The notes beneath the pieces were generated by a model. The model searched no databases, was not told the origin of the DNA, and was given only the letters and a program-made list of their open reading frames with translations. Below are positions 24,301 through 34,900 of a DNA stretch of 64,000 nt, one piece after another (the first letter of the stretch is position 1; every line of letters starts with the position of its first letter). The translations under genes were made by a program, and so were the position numbers. Source of the DNA: Cetorhinus maximus (lineage: Eukaryota); contig NC_135893.1 of the NCBI RefSeq assembly GCF_964194155.1, positions 24,180,001 to 24,244,000 of the forward strand. Direction: 5' to 3'.

Positions 24301-27300
24301 GAGATGAATTATTCTGAATGTGCTATTAGAAACTTCTTTTTAACCATGAGAATCAATAGCCAAAGAACATGTCTTAATTTTACGCATCTTAAGTTAAAGT
24401 TTGTTTTAAAGATGACTGCTGACAAAATTATAGTTTAATAAAAGTTTTAAAAGCGATAATTCTACTTCAGTCTACTTTTGGTTTCTCTTTCTATTGACAC
24501 AAATACAGTGCATGTATTGAATTCATTACTTATTCAAATTATGCATTCCACCAGAGACACTTGACAATTTGCCAAGTATTTGGTTTAGAAACGTCGAATA
24601 TTCAACTTTGTGCCTCCCAATAGTTTTTATTGTAGGCAAATTTAGTTTAGAAAAGGCTCTTCAGGTGAAATGAGGCTGTCGACCCCTGTTCTAGACCCTT
24701 CAATGTAAGAGATTTCAGACTAGAAACAAGAGGAACTTTTTTTACACTCTGTGCAATGCAGAATCTCATAACTGAGTTTGTGATTGATGAAGACCATGTC
24801 AACATTTAAGAATAGGTGATAGATGGTTGAAGGAAAGGCAAATAAAGAGAGATGGCACTGGGGTGTACACATGACATTTATCTTACTATCGCAGAAGTAC
24901 TAAAGATCCAAATGAACTGGTTAGGCTGAATGGCCTACTTCCATTTTGTAATTCTTCTATAAGTCCCTGGTTTGATTATCTGGCAAGGATACATTAGGGA
25001 TACAACAACTGGATTTAGTGTCACTGGAGCAATGAGGAGACAAAAAAAAAATCAGCCACATCAGATAAAAGGCTTGAGAAACAAGAATGTAAATTGGTCA
25101 TGAATTTGCCATAACAGGGTTTAGTTCCCCTTCAAATGGAAGTTTCTGGCTTGTCGGTGTTTCTGGTCCTTGCCACTTTGCAGTGACCCCAGCTGGAATA
25201 TTTTTGAACGTGGGTTGAGGGGCAGGATTGGATTCAACTGTGGCCTCTTTCCACATCTCTATCAAATAATCTGCTGTGATTTTCTGCCTGGACTCAAACA
25301 TGAAGAAACAACTGTTTGGAAAAGCTACAGTAAATTCCAGAAGCAGCACCTTTTGGGGAATGGGGTGAAGAACCGGTAATTAATTTGGGAAATAATCTGG
25401 TCATGCTAGTTTCTTCTAATACTGACTTGACCCCAGATAGCTAAAATTTCCCCCGTCTCTTATTTCTTCCACTTCTCTGCATCTCTCCTTACCACCCACC
25501 CCCACCCCACAGCACCATTATTTATTTCTGTAAATGAAATGTTGATGTATTCAAATGCAGTAACATTGGATTTTGTATTTCAGCAATGAGGACAGTGCTG
25601 TGGTAAAGGAAGTGCTTGGTCCAGATGGAAAGAGAAAGATCACGTACCAGGTTTCTATCTTGATTCTAACATATCATAGTTTACTATTTATCTGCTTTAG
25701 AGCTGTGTTTTTAACCTTTTTTCTGGATACACCTGAAGCTATGGTGCTTTGAAAAACTCAAAATTTAACTTTTTTTTTCCCCCTGCTTTCTTGAGATCAT
25801 ATTGATGAGGATTTATTATTCAATTTAAAAAGAACATTTACAATCTTAAATCTCTATCAACCAAAAATGTAATTGGGCAGTCAGAACACAACTCAGTTTT
25901 TGCTGCTGTTTAGCATACTATGTTAGTGAGCAAATATCACTTCAGGGCTAATTTGTTTCCTCTTTGTTCCTTGTGGGAGGGAACCCCATTGTTTTACAAC
26001 TGCCCAGTTGGATGGGAGCTTCCCAAGTGGAGAATCCAAGATCACCACGAACAGATTAATATTTGCATGCAATTTAATAGGACTTTGATACAGAAAACTG
26101 TGGTACTGGATGGTATAAATGTACTGATCACATTCACATTTCGGGTCTTTATGTGCTGCTGTGTGGAAGATAAACTCTGAAACACATCTTAATCTTTAGT
26201 TGAGGAATATGCCCACTGAACTTTTCAATTCACAGTATTTGGTTACAAAGATTTTGTCAATCAAAATTGTCTCTGGATGCTTCTTAAACTCTGTACGATT
26301 CTCTACAGATCGCTAAGAATAAAGGTCTCACGCCCAGGAGGAAGAAGATTGATCGTAATCCCCGAGTGAAGCACCGAGAGAAATTCAGACGCGCTAAAAT
26401 ACGAAGGAAGGGCCAGGTAAGTGAAGGAGACTCTTGGTAGTTGAGTTATTGAGAATTATTTTTATTTAAATAATAAGGGTCATTAACACATTTCAAAAAC
26501 AATTTAAGTCTGGCTGTGGGAGTGTCTCAGCTGCTGCTTACCAACAGGAGAGGAGATGTTAGACATCCTTAAGCAAATAAGATCAGAACATAAGAAATAG
26601 GAGTAGACCATTCAGCCCCTCGAGCCTGCTTCACCATTCAGTAAGATCATGGCTCATCTTCTTGTGTTTTGATTTCCACATTGCCATCTAACCCCAATAA
26701 CCTTTGATTCCCTTGCCTAACAAGAATATATCTACCTCTGCCTTAAAAATATTCAATGACTCCGCTTCCATCACCACCTTCTGAGGCAAAGAGTTCCAAA
26801 ATCACAACCCTCGAGAAAAAATTTCTCCACATCTCTGCCTTAAAAGGGTGACTCCTAATTTTAAAACAGTGCCCCGTAGTTCTGGACTCGCCCACAAGAG
26901 GAAACATCCTTTCGACATCCACCTTGTCAAGGCCGTTCAGGATTTTGTACACTTCAATCAAATCACCCCTCACTCTTCTAAACTCCAAAAATGGCTCCCC
27001 TGGCCCTTGTAGAAATTTCCCTTGGAGATGGTAGATCAATGGGACAACTTAATTGATAAGGGCTCAATTCCAGTTAAGCTATGCAAAGAGGCACTAAAAA
27101 TTGAATTAATTATACTTGAGAAGGCTCAAAACAGATCTTACTTAAGCCGTACAAATTAAAAGATTAGTTATAGTCACTGACTATATGGACTGCAGCGGTT
27201 CAAAAAGGCAACTCACCACCCCTTTCTCAAGGGCAATTAGGGATGGGCAGTAAATGCTGGCCTAGCCAGTGACGCCCACATACCATGAATGAATATATAA

Positions 27301-28496
27301 AAAAAGCTGTTGGCTGGGGGTATGGGGGAGGGTTATAAAACCATTAGGCAAAGTGCTTGGGACAGAACTTCCTAGCTCAATGGAACACAATGGGCCAGAA
27401 TTTACTGTAGTAGTCTGTTTAAAGGTGACTATTGTTAGTTAGACTTTCCCCTGCATTCTTCAGCTCAAAAAATGTTTGCCTGCAGAATTGCTGAAAGTGC
27501 AAGCTATTAACAGCACAGTGAGAGAACATGTACATTTGGGACCTAATTGAACAGGGTATCTCATTAGCCAATGAGATTTTAAAGATTGGGAATTAAACAC
27601 AGGAAGCACTCAGAAGCAGGGTGAAGTAAAGGAGTGAATTCCATATAAATGAGGTATAGAAAGAGAAATAGACAGGGAAGGAGAGATTGGATTTGCAAAG
27701 AAAAAATAACAGCAAGAAAAAGAATGACTTTAAAGTTTGACATTTTTAAAATCTCTGAAAAATTCAAAACCTGAAGGAATGACCCACTTGTTACTTTTCA
27801 TGCCGGAAAGATTGATTAGCAATCATTAATACTTATCACATAATTAAAAAGGTACATATACCTGTTATGATGAGCCTCAACTTTTCGTGGTGAGAATAAT
27901 GGGGAAAGTACAGCAAGTTCCAAATAAAATCTGGAAGACTAAAGGGAAGATGCCATTTTCACAAAGCTACCGGTGCAACTCGGACTGCAACGTTTAGATA
28001 TTTGCATTTAACTCTGCATTTGCTCCTCTTCTGAAGTTTAGTATAATTTAATGCATAAATAACTGAGAGTGTTATAACAAAAACTATGGCCCAGTATTCA
28101 TGTGGGAGACTCTGAAGAACCAAGAGAAAAGAGCTTCCCCTAATGATCCTATTCTGGATGAAACATTTGAGGATCACCTAAGAGTGGATATTTACGCTGA
28201 ATCCATATTTGGAATTGACTCATACCTTCATCCTAGTGTATCATACCATGGTAATATAGTTACCTCAAAATGGGCTATTCTTTCATATTTCCCCCAAAAT
28301 GTAATAGCACATATGCCTCAATATGTTTCTTTGTGTTGAGATTTCTCCCTTAAGCCTAATGCCACAGTTTGTTTACATCAGTCAATGAGAGGTTTTAATT
28401 TTACAGGTACGCGAAGTCCGTAGAGAGGAACATCGATATGGTGGTGAGCTGTCTGGTATCCGTGCCGGAGTTAAGAAGAGCACCAAGCTTCAGTGA
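3296..28496 (+). CDS. UTP3: UTP3/SAS10 small-subunit processome component, 16 coding exons, about 482 aa
   Basis: Exons 3296-3309, 4066-4159, 9336-9392, 10490-10546, 11527-11626, 12321-12395, 15482-15603, 17670-17822, 20042-20113, 20210-20250, 21306-21402, 21928-22107, 22733-22854, 25584-25650, 26309-26416, 28407-28496. All introns GT-AG with consistent phases, 1449 nt total. Motifs WGQKKAAYYNTDY, KKESPELLELI, NYCTNISFYLILKAKRIPVHNHPVIERL and the Sas10 C-terminus KNKGLTPRRKKIDRNPRVKHREKF...YGGELSGIRAGVKKS. Confidence 0.95.
3962..4040 (-). mobile_element. Short Penelope-terminus remnant just upstream of the UTP3 exon 2 acceptor
   Basis: aaacagaaaatgctggaaatactcggatggtctggcagcatctttggagagagagaaac matches the family tail. 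Confidence 0.65.
4066..4159 (+). CDS. UTP3: UTP3 exon 2
   Basis: aag|G GSSRKKPKQQQQVDDDSDDPQTYSKLPNPNI|gtgagt. Confidence 0.8.
4240..7270 (+). mobile_element. Nested CR1 and L2 LINE fragments (L2 about 4430-5115; CR1 RT and 3' end about 5120-6940)
   Basis: [43 protein letters not shown] motifs; L2-type tail tataaatacaag-tgttgttg. Confidence 0.9.
7480..9080 (-). mobile_element. 5' part of a CR1 LINE (5'UTR plus ORF1 zinc-finger/esterase), decayed
   Basis: ORF 8038-8220 DPVVVVHVGMNDI...SRTSKVIISGLLPEPR is the CR1 ORF1 SGNH esterase; 8408-8689 is the ORF1 N-terminal Cys/leucine-zipper region. Confidence 0.8.
9336..9392 (+). CDS. UTP3: UTP3 exon 3
   Basis: tag|NSSEYFNDDVDEFHEKKLQ|gtgagt; matches the conserved DEFH motif. 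Confidence 0.92.
10490..10546 (+). CDS. UTP3: UTP3 exon 4
   Basis: cag|KLLADGVMLDGANEDSEDE|gtgggt. Confidence 0.85.
10642..10666. repeat. (CA)n microsatellite
   Basis: cacacacacacatacacacacacac. Confidence 0.9.
10770..10945 (-). mobile_element. tRNA-derived SINE fragment
   Basis: Minus strand: cagctgtggctcagttgatggcgc (A box) ... gggttcaagaccc (B box). Confidence 0.75.
11527..11626 (+). CDS. UTP3: UTP3 exon 5 (acidic tract)
   Basis: cag|EEVMPLEIPDSEEEDEDEEDVDMDSDLEGKLEA G|gtgagt. Confidence 0.92.
12321..12395 (+). CDS. UTP3: UTP3 exon 6
   Basis: cag|LPNELAWGQKKAAYYNTDYVDELP|gtaagt. Confidence 0.95.
13800..13838 (-). ncRNA. Minimal type-I hammerhead ribozyme motif (Penelope pLTR)
   Basis: Minus strand: AGTT-CTGTTGA-A-GGGTC-atgag-GACTC-GAAA-TGTC-AACT. 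Confidence 0.65.
15296..15334 (+). ncRNA. Minimal type-I hammerhead ribozyme motif (Penelope pLTR)
   Basis: AGTT-CTGTTGA-A-GGGTC-atgag-GACTC-GAAA-CATC-AACT. Confidence 0.65.
15482..15603 (+). CDS. UTP3: UTP3 exon 7
   Basis: cag|GKGQVEALAEAEEEEQEALNIQKRLAENLTEDDFGLDLIQ|gtaacc. Confidence 0.95.
16380..16592 (+). mobile_element. 3' end of a non-LTR retroelement (RTEX-like)
   Basis: TMLHITEECPLYRL...DAIAWL C-terminal motif followed by a (taaa)n tail. Confidence 0.5.
17390..17654 (+). mobile_element. CR1 LINE 3' end abutting the exon 8 acceptor
   Basis: cagagggtggtgacagtctggaatgcactgcct...gggccgaagggcctcttctgcactgtgattcagattct. Confidence 0.85.
17670..17822 (+). CDS. UTP3: UTP3 exon 8
   Basis: cag|AFAQEQ...KLLKKESPELLELIQDFKAK|gttagc. 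Confidence 0.95.
17895..18473 (+). mobile_element. CR1 LINE 3' fragment
   Basis: [18 protein letters not shown]...[10 protein letters not shown]; tail tttctatgttt. Confidence 0.9.
18482..19304. mobile_element. Decayed non-autonomous Tc/mariner (Tc2/pogo-type) DNA transposon with an internal minisatellite
   Basis: Ends resemble taccgtatatactcgagtataa...ttatacacgagtatatacggta termini, with subterminal taaggcgacccc and tatgtcgactccc repeats. Confidence 0.5.
18800..19140. repeat. G/A-rich minisatellite
   Basis: About 11 degenerate copies of ggagagagagagtcgggcaggggcatggcgt. Confidence 0.85.
20042..20113 (+). CDS. UTP3: UTP3 exon 9
   Basis: cag|LAELRDELHPLMEMVQSGKIPAGK|gtatga. Confidence 0.95.
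20210..20250 (+). CDS. UTP3: UTP3 exon 10
   Basis: cag|GANYVQTKYHLYL AA|gtaggt. Confidence 0.93.
20770..21205 (+). mobile_element. CR1 LINE 3' fragment
   Basis: ctggagtttaaaagaatgagaggtgatcttattgaaac...gggccgaatggtctacc. Confidence 0.85.
21306..21402 (+). CDS. UTP3: UTP3 exon 11 (Sas10/Utp3/C1D domain)
   Basis: tag|YCTNISFYLILKAKRIPVHNHPVIERLLTYRN|gtgagt. Confidence 0.97.
21638..21676 (+). ncRNA. Minimal type-I hammerhead ribozyme motif, best-paired copy
   Basis: AGTT-CTGTTGA-A-GAGTC-atatg-GACTC-GAAA-CGTT-AACT: helix I AGUU/AACU, helix II GAGUC/GACUC, palindromic ACGU helix III. Confidence 0.75.
21639..21778 (+). mobile_element. 140-bp hammerhead-bearing Penelope-derived mini-element with a perfect 16-bp TSD
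   Basis: TSD tcattgaagtacatta at 21623-21638 and 21779-21794. Confidence 0.9.
21928..22107 (+). CDS. UTP3: UTP3 exon 12
   Basis: cag|LINDLVGVGEKLSPEIQQLL...AEQRAEEK|gtgaga. Confidence 0.9.
22733..22854 (+). CDS. UTP3: UTP3 exon 13
   Basis: cag|VTDQEASRDSKSDADEEAAFQYYKEMEERLTQKRKRAQLN AG|gtgctg. Confidence 0.9.
23512..23603 (-). mobile_element. 92-bp hammerhead-bearing Penelope-derived mini-element with a 9-bp TSD
   Basis: TSD aagcagcat at 23503-23511 and 23604-23612; minus strand AGTT-CTGCTGA-A-GGGTC-atgag-GACTC-GTAA-CGTC-AACT (23564-23602). Confidence 0.85.
23989..24688. mobile_element. Non-autonomous hAT (Charlie-type) DNA transposon
   Basis: TIRs cagggatctgca / tgtcgacccctg; 8-bp flanks ttctaaat / ttctagac resembling the nTCTAGAn Charlie target. 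Confidence 0.8.
25584..25650 (+). CDS. UTP3: UTP3 exon 14
   Basis: cag|NEDSAVVKEVLGPDGKRKITYQ|gtttct. Confidence 0.92.
26309..26416 (+). CDS. UTP3: UTP3 exon 15 (Sas10 C-terminal domain)
   Basis: cag|IAKNKGLTPRRKKIDRNPRVKHREKFRRAKIRRKGQ|gtaagt. Confidence 0.98.
26586..26985 (-). mobile_element. CR1 LINE 3' fragment
   Basis: LEFRRVRGDLIEVYKIL...GESRTTGH; tail gaacataagaa on the + strand. Confidence 0.9.
27391..28094. mobile_element. MITE-like element with short TIRs (PIF/Harbinger-like)
   Basis: Ends tgggccagaattt / aaactatggccca are imperfect inverted repeats; no clear TSD. Confidence 0.45.
28407..28496 (+). CDS. UTP3: UTP3 exon 16 with stop codon
   Basis: cag|VREVRREEHRYGGELSGIRAGVKKSTKLQ*. 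Confidence 0.98.
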   Translation, partial: VREVRREEHRYGGELSGIRAGVKKSTKLQ

Positions 28497-28580
28497 TCTT
28501 GCTGCCTCCTGTCAAACATCTGCAACTTGGAAGCCAGGGGCACACCCACTCTGCCTCTTTGTGATGTATTTATAGAGTTC

Positions 28581-28586
28581 AATAAA
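28581..28586 (+). terminator. Polyadenylation signal of UTP3
   Basis: AATAAA 85 nt after the stop, followed by a T/GT-rich tract. Confidence 0.75.
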
Positions 28587-29249
28587 TAATTTGTACATTT
28601 TTACTGTGCTTATGATTTATTGATAAAGCAGATGTACTGATAAGTGGACTCATGGGGCTTGTAATTACAGACTATTAAAATATATTTACACCTACATTAT
28701 GGATGGCATTCAATCCCTTTATATATAATGCTCACTACTTTAGGAGCTGCAGCCTAGAAATTGCATTGATGGTGTATGTACACTTTTTTTGTATCAATTT
28801 TCAATCTACTGTTTTAATGGAGGCATGAACTCATCTTTTTAAACTGGTTAACACCATCAAAATAGATGGCAAAGTTTAACGTGTATGTGTGTGTTAAGTG
28901 TTTGCAACAGGGCAGTTTCCATACTTTGCATTGTGTTCTGTTTAATTGTTGCTGCTGAGCTGAATAATATTCCCCTCCGTTCAGAATGCTGCAAGAGTGA
29001 AGTGCACATTGTTTACAAAGTATGAATGTGTCTTTGGTTTGTAAATGTACTGTGCTACAGAATAAGGGGCATTCCTAAGCAAATTGGAGACATTATTACA
29101 TTTCCTGGCAGCTATTTGAGGAGGTAAAGGAGAAAGATGCCAGTCAATTACTGTTTACTATCCTTCACATTGTATAATAATTTCTACCTGTGGCTGTTCT
29201 TGCTTAGGCTTCAATGCTGTGCTGTGAGTGAATTTGTGGAGTCACTATC

Positions 29250-30010
29250 ACAGTATCTTTACAGTGCAGGAGGCCATTCGGCCGATTGAGTCTGCACTGG
29301 CTCGCTGAAAGCTTTCCACCTAGACTCACTCCCCTGCCTTATCCCAGTAACGTTCTGATAGCAATCCAATTCCCTTTTGAATACCTTGATTGGACCTGCC
29401 TCCACCACCCTTTCAGTAAGTTTGTTCCAGATTTCAACCACACTCTGGGTGAAAAATTTTTCCTCACATCACATTTACTCTTTTTGCCAATTATTTTGAA
29501 TCTGTGCTCTCTAGTTCTTGATGTTTTCTTGAGTGGGAACAGTTTCTCTATCACTGTCACACGATCACTATTTACCCTGTCCATACCTCTCAGGATCATG
29601 AATACGTCTATCAAGTTTCCTCAGCCTTATCTCCAGGGAAAAGAGCCCCAACCTCTCCAATCTATCCTCCTAGCTACAGTTCCTTATCTCTGAATCATTC
29701 TTGTGATGATCTCTATTCTCTCCAATGCCTTCACATCCTCCCTCAAGCATGGCACCCAGAACGGGACACAGTACTCCAGATGAGGCCTAACTAGTGTCTT
29801 ATGCAAGTTCAAAATGACCTCCTTACTCTTGTACTCAATGCCCCTATTAATAAAGCCTAAGATACTATATGCTTTATTAGCTTCTCTCAACGTGTCCTGC
29901 CACCTTCAATGACCTGTGCATGTGTACACTGAGGTCCCTCTGTTCTTGCACCTCCTTTAGAGGCTCTCCTTTTATACTGTCTCACCATATTTTTCGTGCC
30001 AAAATGAATA
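29250..30010 (-). mobile_element. CR1 LINE 3' fragment (same subfamily as 47008-47860)
   Basis: KAYSILGFINRGIEYKSKEVILNLHKTLVRPHLEYCVPFW. Confidence 0.9.
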
Positions 30011-31588
30011 GTGCAAAATAAAAATGCTCTGCTCTCAAAGAACAGAAAAATTTTTTTATATAATTTAAGAATGACCAGGACACAGTAATTTTGAGTGGTT
30101 CAAATGATACCATCACCTTTTTATAGTGGCACTCATGAGGTTAATCAGTTATTCCCAAATCTTTATCTATAGTTGAAGGTGACAGCTGAGCCCAGTCTTG
30201 TCCTCAACTTGAATCAATACACTTCCCAGTAAGAGTTGAATAGCAAGGAGGAGCAGAAACCCTTCAAATTTTTACCTACCCAAACCATGAGTGTAATGTC
30301 CCATTTGGCATCCTGGACTGAGATCAATTTCTCAACATTGGTCAGGAGCACAGAGTGCCTGCCAGATGCCTTCTGCAACCAGGACTGGAGTACATAGCAA
30401 ATATTAGTAATATTTCCTTTTTGAGGCTGTTAGTTGCATTCCTCTTTTTAAAAAGTATTCCTGGTTTTTTTTGTGTTTGACCTTGAGCTCAAACTCTTAC
30501 CCTGTACACCATTGCTAAACAATCTATTTTGTGGTTTCACCTAATAATGCATGTTTCACAAGGGTTTGTCATGTTCCTCTATAACATTTTACTATACTAT
30601 CGGTTCAGTGGTAAATGTACTGAGCCATAAAAAACAATGCCAATTTGCCAATGCTGACAGACATGCAGTCTGGAAGGTTGCAGGGTCAACTCCTGACCTG
30701 TGTTAGTTTGCTTACTTATTCCGTCATTAGTTTCAGTGCTTCCTGAATGAAGGTGTATAAACTATAGGCAAAAAAGACTGGATTTAGCTATCAATATTCA
30801 CTTTTTATGTTCTCAAAGAATGGCAAGAATCAGCACCTACAGGAGAGGAGGAAGAAAAGCAATGAATATAGAATGTTTTAATCCCACCCTACTGAATTGA
30901 ATGAACATTTACTACAAATGGGTGTCTTTTCCCCGTAAATGTACTGATGTAGAGTGCTAATAATTACCAAAAGAGGGAAATCACAAATGGCATAATTAGT
31001 ATACATCATTGAATTTTATTTCAGCTTGGGATCAAGAGATCCCTACAACTTTTTCTGGTCATACCTGTGAAAGCTATATCTCTCAAGATTTCTGCTACAA
31101 AAATCTGTTCTAGTTATATTGATAAGAATTGTTTTGTCCTATTCCAGTAATACAGCTGCAATTATTGAGTCCTTCAACCACCTGCACAAGAAACTAAGTC
31201 AAAAGTTACACACACACACTAAACAGTAATCACACCACGCTAAGTGCAATCACCGATTATGTTGCAGTTATGTGCCTTTGACAGTTACAGAAAAGTTCTG
31301 CATTTCCCATTCCAGGCATAAAATAACACATGGAGCTCTGTGGTACCTTTTATCAGTTCATGGAGGAAATTTTAATGCAGTCACGAAGCTAAGTTTTATT
31401 TTTAGCCCAAACTACATCCATTAGTGTTTGTTTTTGAAAACCTTTATCAAGCATAATGCCAGATCTTCCAGCTGGCTTTATTCACATATGCCAAGTTTTC
31501 TTTATTAAAAAAAGTAACATTTTAACAACTCATTTCATTATCGTACAATTATTCCCCTAACTCATCTTGCATCATGGAAAATAGCTAT

Positions 31589-31918
31589 TCAGGACTTGTT
31601 GCTTTTCTCTATAAAATTAGTGTGGCATTCACTCAAATGTTTCACGATCTTCTCTTCGATTTCATGGTGTTGCTTCACTTCATTTTCTGAAAGTGCCAGG
31701 TCAGTTTGAGAGTCGGCAGTTACTATGACAACAAACACCCTTCGCGTTTCAAGGACGTTGGCAACCACAACCTGATGTCTGTAAGTTTCTAAAGCTTTAC
31801 GTGCTCGTGCAACCAGCTGTGAAGGATCAGTCTCCAACTTGAAAGATGTGACAAATGCCTGAGGAGCCCAGTCCTTAACGAGAGGGGTAAGCATCTTGGG
31901 AACCATTTGCATAGTTAG
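31589..31918 (-). CDS. PPCS: PPCS exon 3
   Basis: aag|[31 protein letters not shown]...KSNKS*. Confidence 0.97.
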   Translation of the reverse strand, partial: LTMQMVPKMLTPLVKDWAPQAFVTSFKLETDPSQLVARARKALETYRHQVVVANVLETRRVFVVIVTADSQTDLALSENEVKQHHEIEEKIVKHLSECHTNFIEKSNKS

Positions 31919-34900
31919 CTTTTAAAAAACAAATCAGATTCTGACATTCAATGAACCTAAGAAAACAAAGCTTGCATTATACATACACTTGCAATTGTAA
32001 GACTTTCTCAAAGAACAGCCACTTCGTTTTTAAAATTCTCTATACTTTAAGAGGCAGTCCTCTTAATGGAAAATTGCACAAATGTAACCCTTTATGCAGA
32101 GGGCATGAGAGGACTCCTGCTAATGGTTAATCAAATAGTCCTCATAACATTAAGGATAGTTCATCTCTCACTCACCTGCAGAGGGCTAGCACCTGACTGG
32201 ATTTTGTGTTCTGGCATCTCAGAGGCAGGAATGAAAAAATCTGACACAGCTGCTGCGAGGTAGAACATGGCTTTTGGTCCTGGAGAATAAAAACAGTTAC
32301 AAATCACCTACTTTGTAATGCTATATCTTGTGGATACAAAAAGGTACTTTATGTAAGTTAATCAATAGATATTCTTGTCTATTGAGTAATCTGACTTAAA
32401 TTTTAATATAGAGCACAGCAGCATAGAAGCAATTCTTCATTTAACTGAATAAAGTAGAACCAATTATGTAACAGTTACAGGCATTTGTTCTCTGCTCACT
32501 CAGCATTGGTCTACCTAGCTAAATGTCAGGACTCCTGGCCTCTATTAACACCAAATACTGACCAAAATATAAATATATAATGTTTGTGGCTGGAATGAAG
32601 TGACTGTTCTAGTACAAGAACAAGCAGGGAATATTCCACAACACTTCTGACTTAGTCTTGTGGATAGTGGACAAACTTTAATGCAAATTTAATGCTACTG
32701 AGGCAAAATATATTTTCAGCTGTAATGAAAAACATATTAAAGTCAATCTCCTAGTTTATATTAGTGTACAGAACACAATACTCCATATGCAAATCTGAAT
32801 AGAACAAACAGCTTTCAACAAAATATCCTCTAATTTTGACCAGGCTGTATTTTTTCTGAAGTACCGTTATCGTCTGGTAAGTACCTCAAGACAATCCACC
32901 AGACTGAGTGCTACAATGTTGGAGGATGAGATGATAAACTGAGATGGATGCAAAAGATCCCATGTACTATTTCTAAGAAGAGCTGGTGAGGTATCCCCAG
33001 TGTCCTGGCCAATATTTATCCCTCAACTAATATTACTAAAAAAAAAAGACATCCTTGTCACATAGCTGTGTGGTGAAAGCAAGGCTGCCAATGATGGAGC
33101 AGTTAAAATAGGGGATACACAAAAGGCCAGAACTAGAGGAGTGTAGAGATTTCAGATAGTAGGGCTGGAGGAAGCTACAGAGATAGGAGGGGCAAGGGAG
33201 AAGAGAAATTTGAAAACGAGGATGGGCATTTTAAAATTAAGTAGTTCCTGGACTGGGAGCCAATGCATGTCAGCAAGCACAGGTGTAATAGGTGAACAAG
33301 ATTATGTAAGTTAGGTTCCAGGTAGTGGAGTTTTGAATAAGCTCAGGTTTAGAGAGTAGAATGCAGAGAAGTATTCATTTTGGTAGGAAGAACGAGGAAA
33401 GGCACCATAAAATAAAGGATATAATTTTAAATGGGTTGCAGAAGCAGTGATTCCTGGAGATGTACATAGGAACAGAGTAGGCCATTGAGCCTGCTCCACC
33501 ATTCAATGCCTTTTTCCCCACACTATCCCTTTGTCATTGGTATTTAGAAATCTGTCAATCTCTGCTTTAAACATACTCAATGACTGAGCTTCCACAAACC
33601 TTGGGTAGACAATTCCAAAGATTCACAACCCTCTGAGTAAAAAAAAATTCTCCTCATCTGGATCCTAAGTGGCTTCCGCTTTATTTTGAAATTGTGCCCC
33701 CTGGTTCTAGACTCCCCAAGCAGGGGAAACATCATCTTACCTGCATCTACCCTGTCTATCCCTTTAAATATTTTGTAGGTTTCAGTGGATCACCTCTCAT
33801 TCTTCGAAACTCTTGAACAAAGGCCCAGTTTCCCCAATCTCTCTTCATAGGACAGTCCCGCCATCCTGGGAACAAGTCTAGTGAACCTTCGTTGCACTCC
33901 CTCTGTGGGAATAGTATCCTTCCTAAGGTAAGGGAACCAAAACTGCACACAGTACTCCAGGTACTGTCTAACCAAAGTTCTATACAATTGAAGTAAGACT
34001 TTGCTACTCCTGTACTTAAATCCTCTTGTGATAAAGACTAACATACCATTAGCCTTCCTAATTGCTTCTGCACCTACATGTTAGCTTTCAGTGACTTATT
34101 GCACAAATTATTGAATGTGGCAGGGCAGGCTGAGAAAGCAGTTAAGGCATATGGGATTCTGGGCTTTATTAACAGAGACATAACAGTATAAAAGCAAGGA
34201 AGTTATGGTGAACTTTTCTTACTCAATTCGAGTACTGTGTCCAACTCTGGGCACCAACACTTTGGGAAGGATATGAAGGAATTAGAAAAAAGATTGATGA
34301 GAATGGTTCCAAAGATGAGGGATTTCAGTTATTTGGACAGATTGGAGAAGCTGAGGTTGTTCTCCTTGGAGGAGAAGGTTGAGAGAAGATTTGCTGGAGA
34401 TTGGGGGCCTCGACAAAGTAGAGGGGAAGAAACTGTTCCAATGGTTGAAGGATTGAGAACCGATTAAGGTGAATGGCAATAGGACAAAAAACATGAGGAA
34501 AAACTCCTTTGTATTCCAGATCCTAACCACTTGGCACACACTATGGTGGAGGCAGATTCAATCGTGGCTTTCAAAATAGAATTGGATAATTACCAGAAGA
34601 GAGAATTTTGCAGGGGACCGGGGCAAGTTATGTTGCTCTTTGGCACAGATATGACAGGCTGAATGGCCTTTGGTGCTGTAAACAGTTTATAGTTCTATGT
34701 GGTTGGAAGCTTGGCTCAAGGTCAAATACGACATCAATTAAACAATCTAGTTTGCCTCAGAATAGCCAAGAAGAGAGTCGGTGGCTAGGGAAGAAAGTTT
34801 GTGGTAAGGACAGAATACAATGGCTTTGGCCTTCCTGTTATTTACTTGGAAGAAATCTCTTACAAATTCAGTTCAAATATATAATACATATCTTACATTT

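Larger units (their letters stand above)
23040..24960 (+). mobile_element. Old CR1 LINE fragment interrupted by two later insertions
   Basis: Degenerate RT and 3' sequence (aaatttgcatacaatactaaa; ggctgaatggcctact) on both sides of the inserts. Confidence 0.75.

Noticed and set aside
20251-25660. Possible U12-type introns at atypical donors (gtaggt, gtgctg, gtttct)
   Set aside because: None matches the RTATCCTT 5' site; treated as weak U2 donors.
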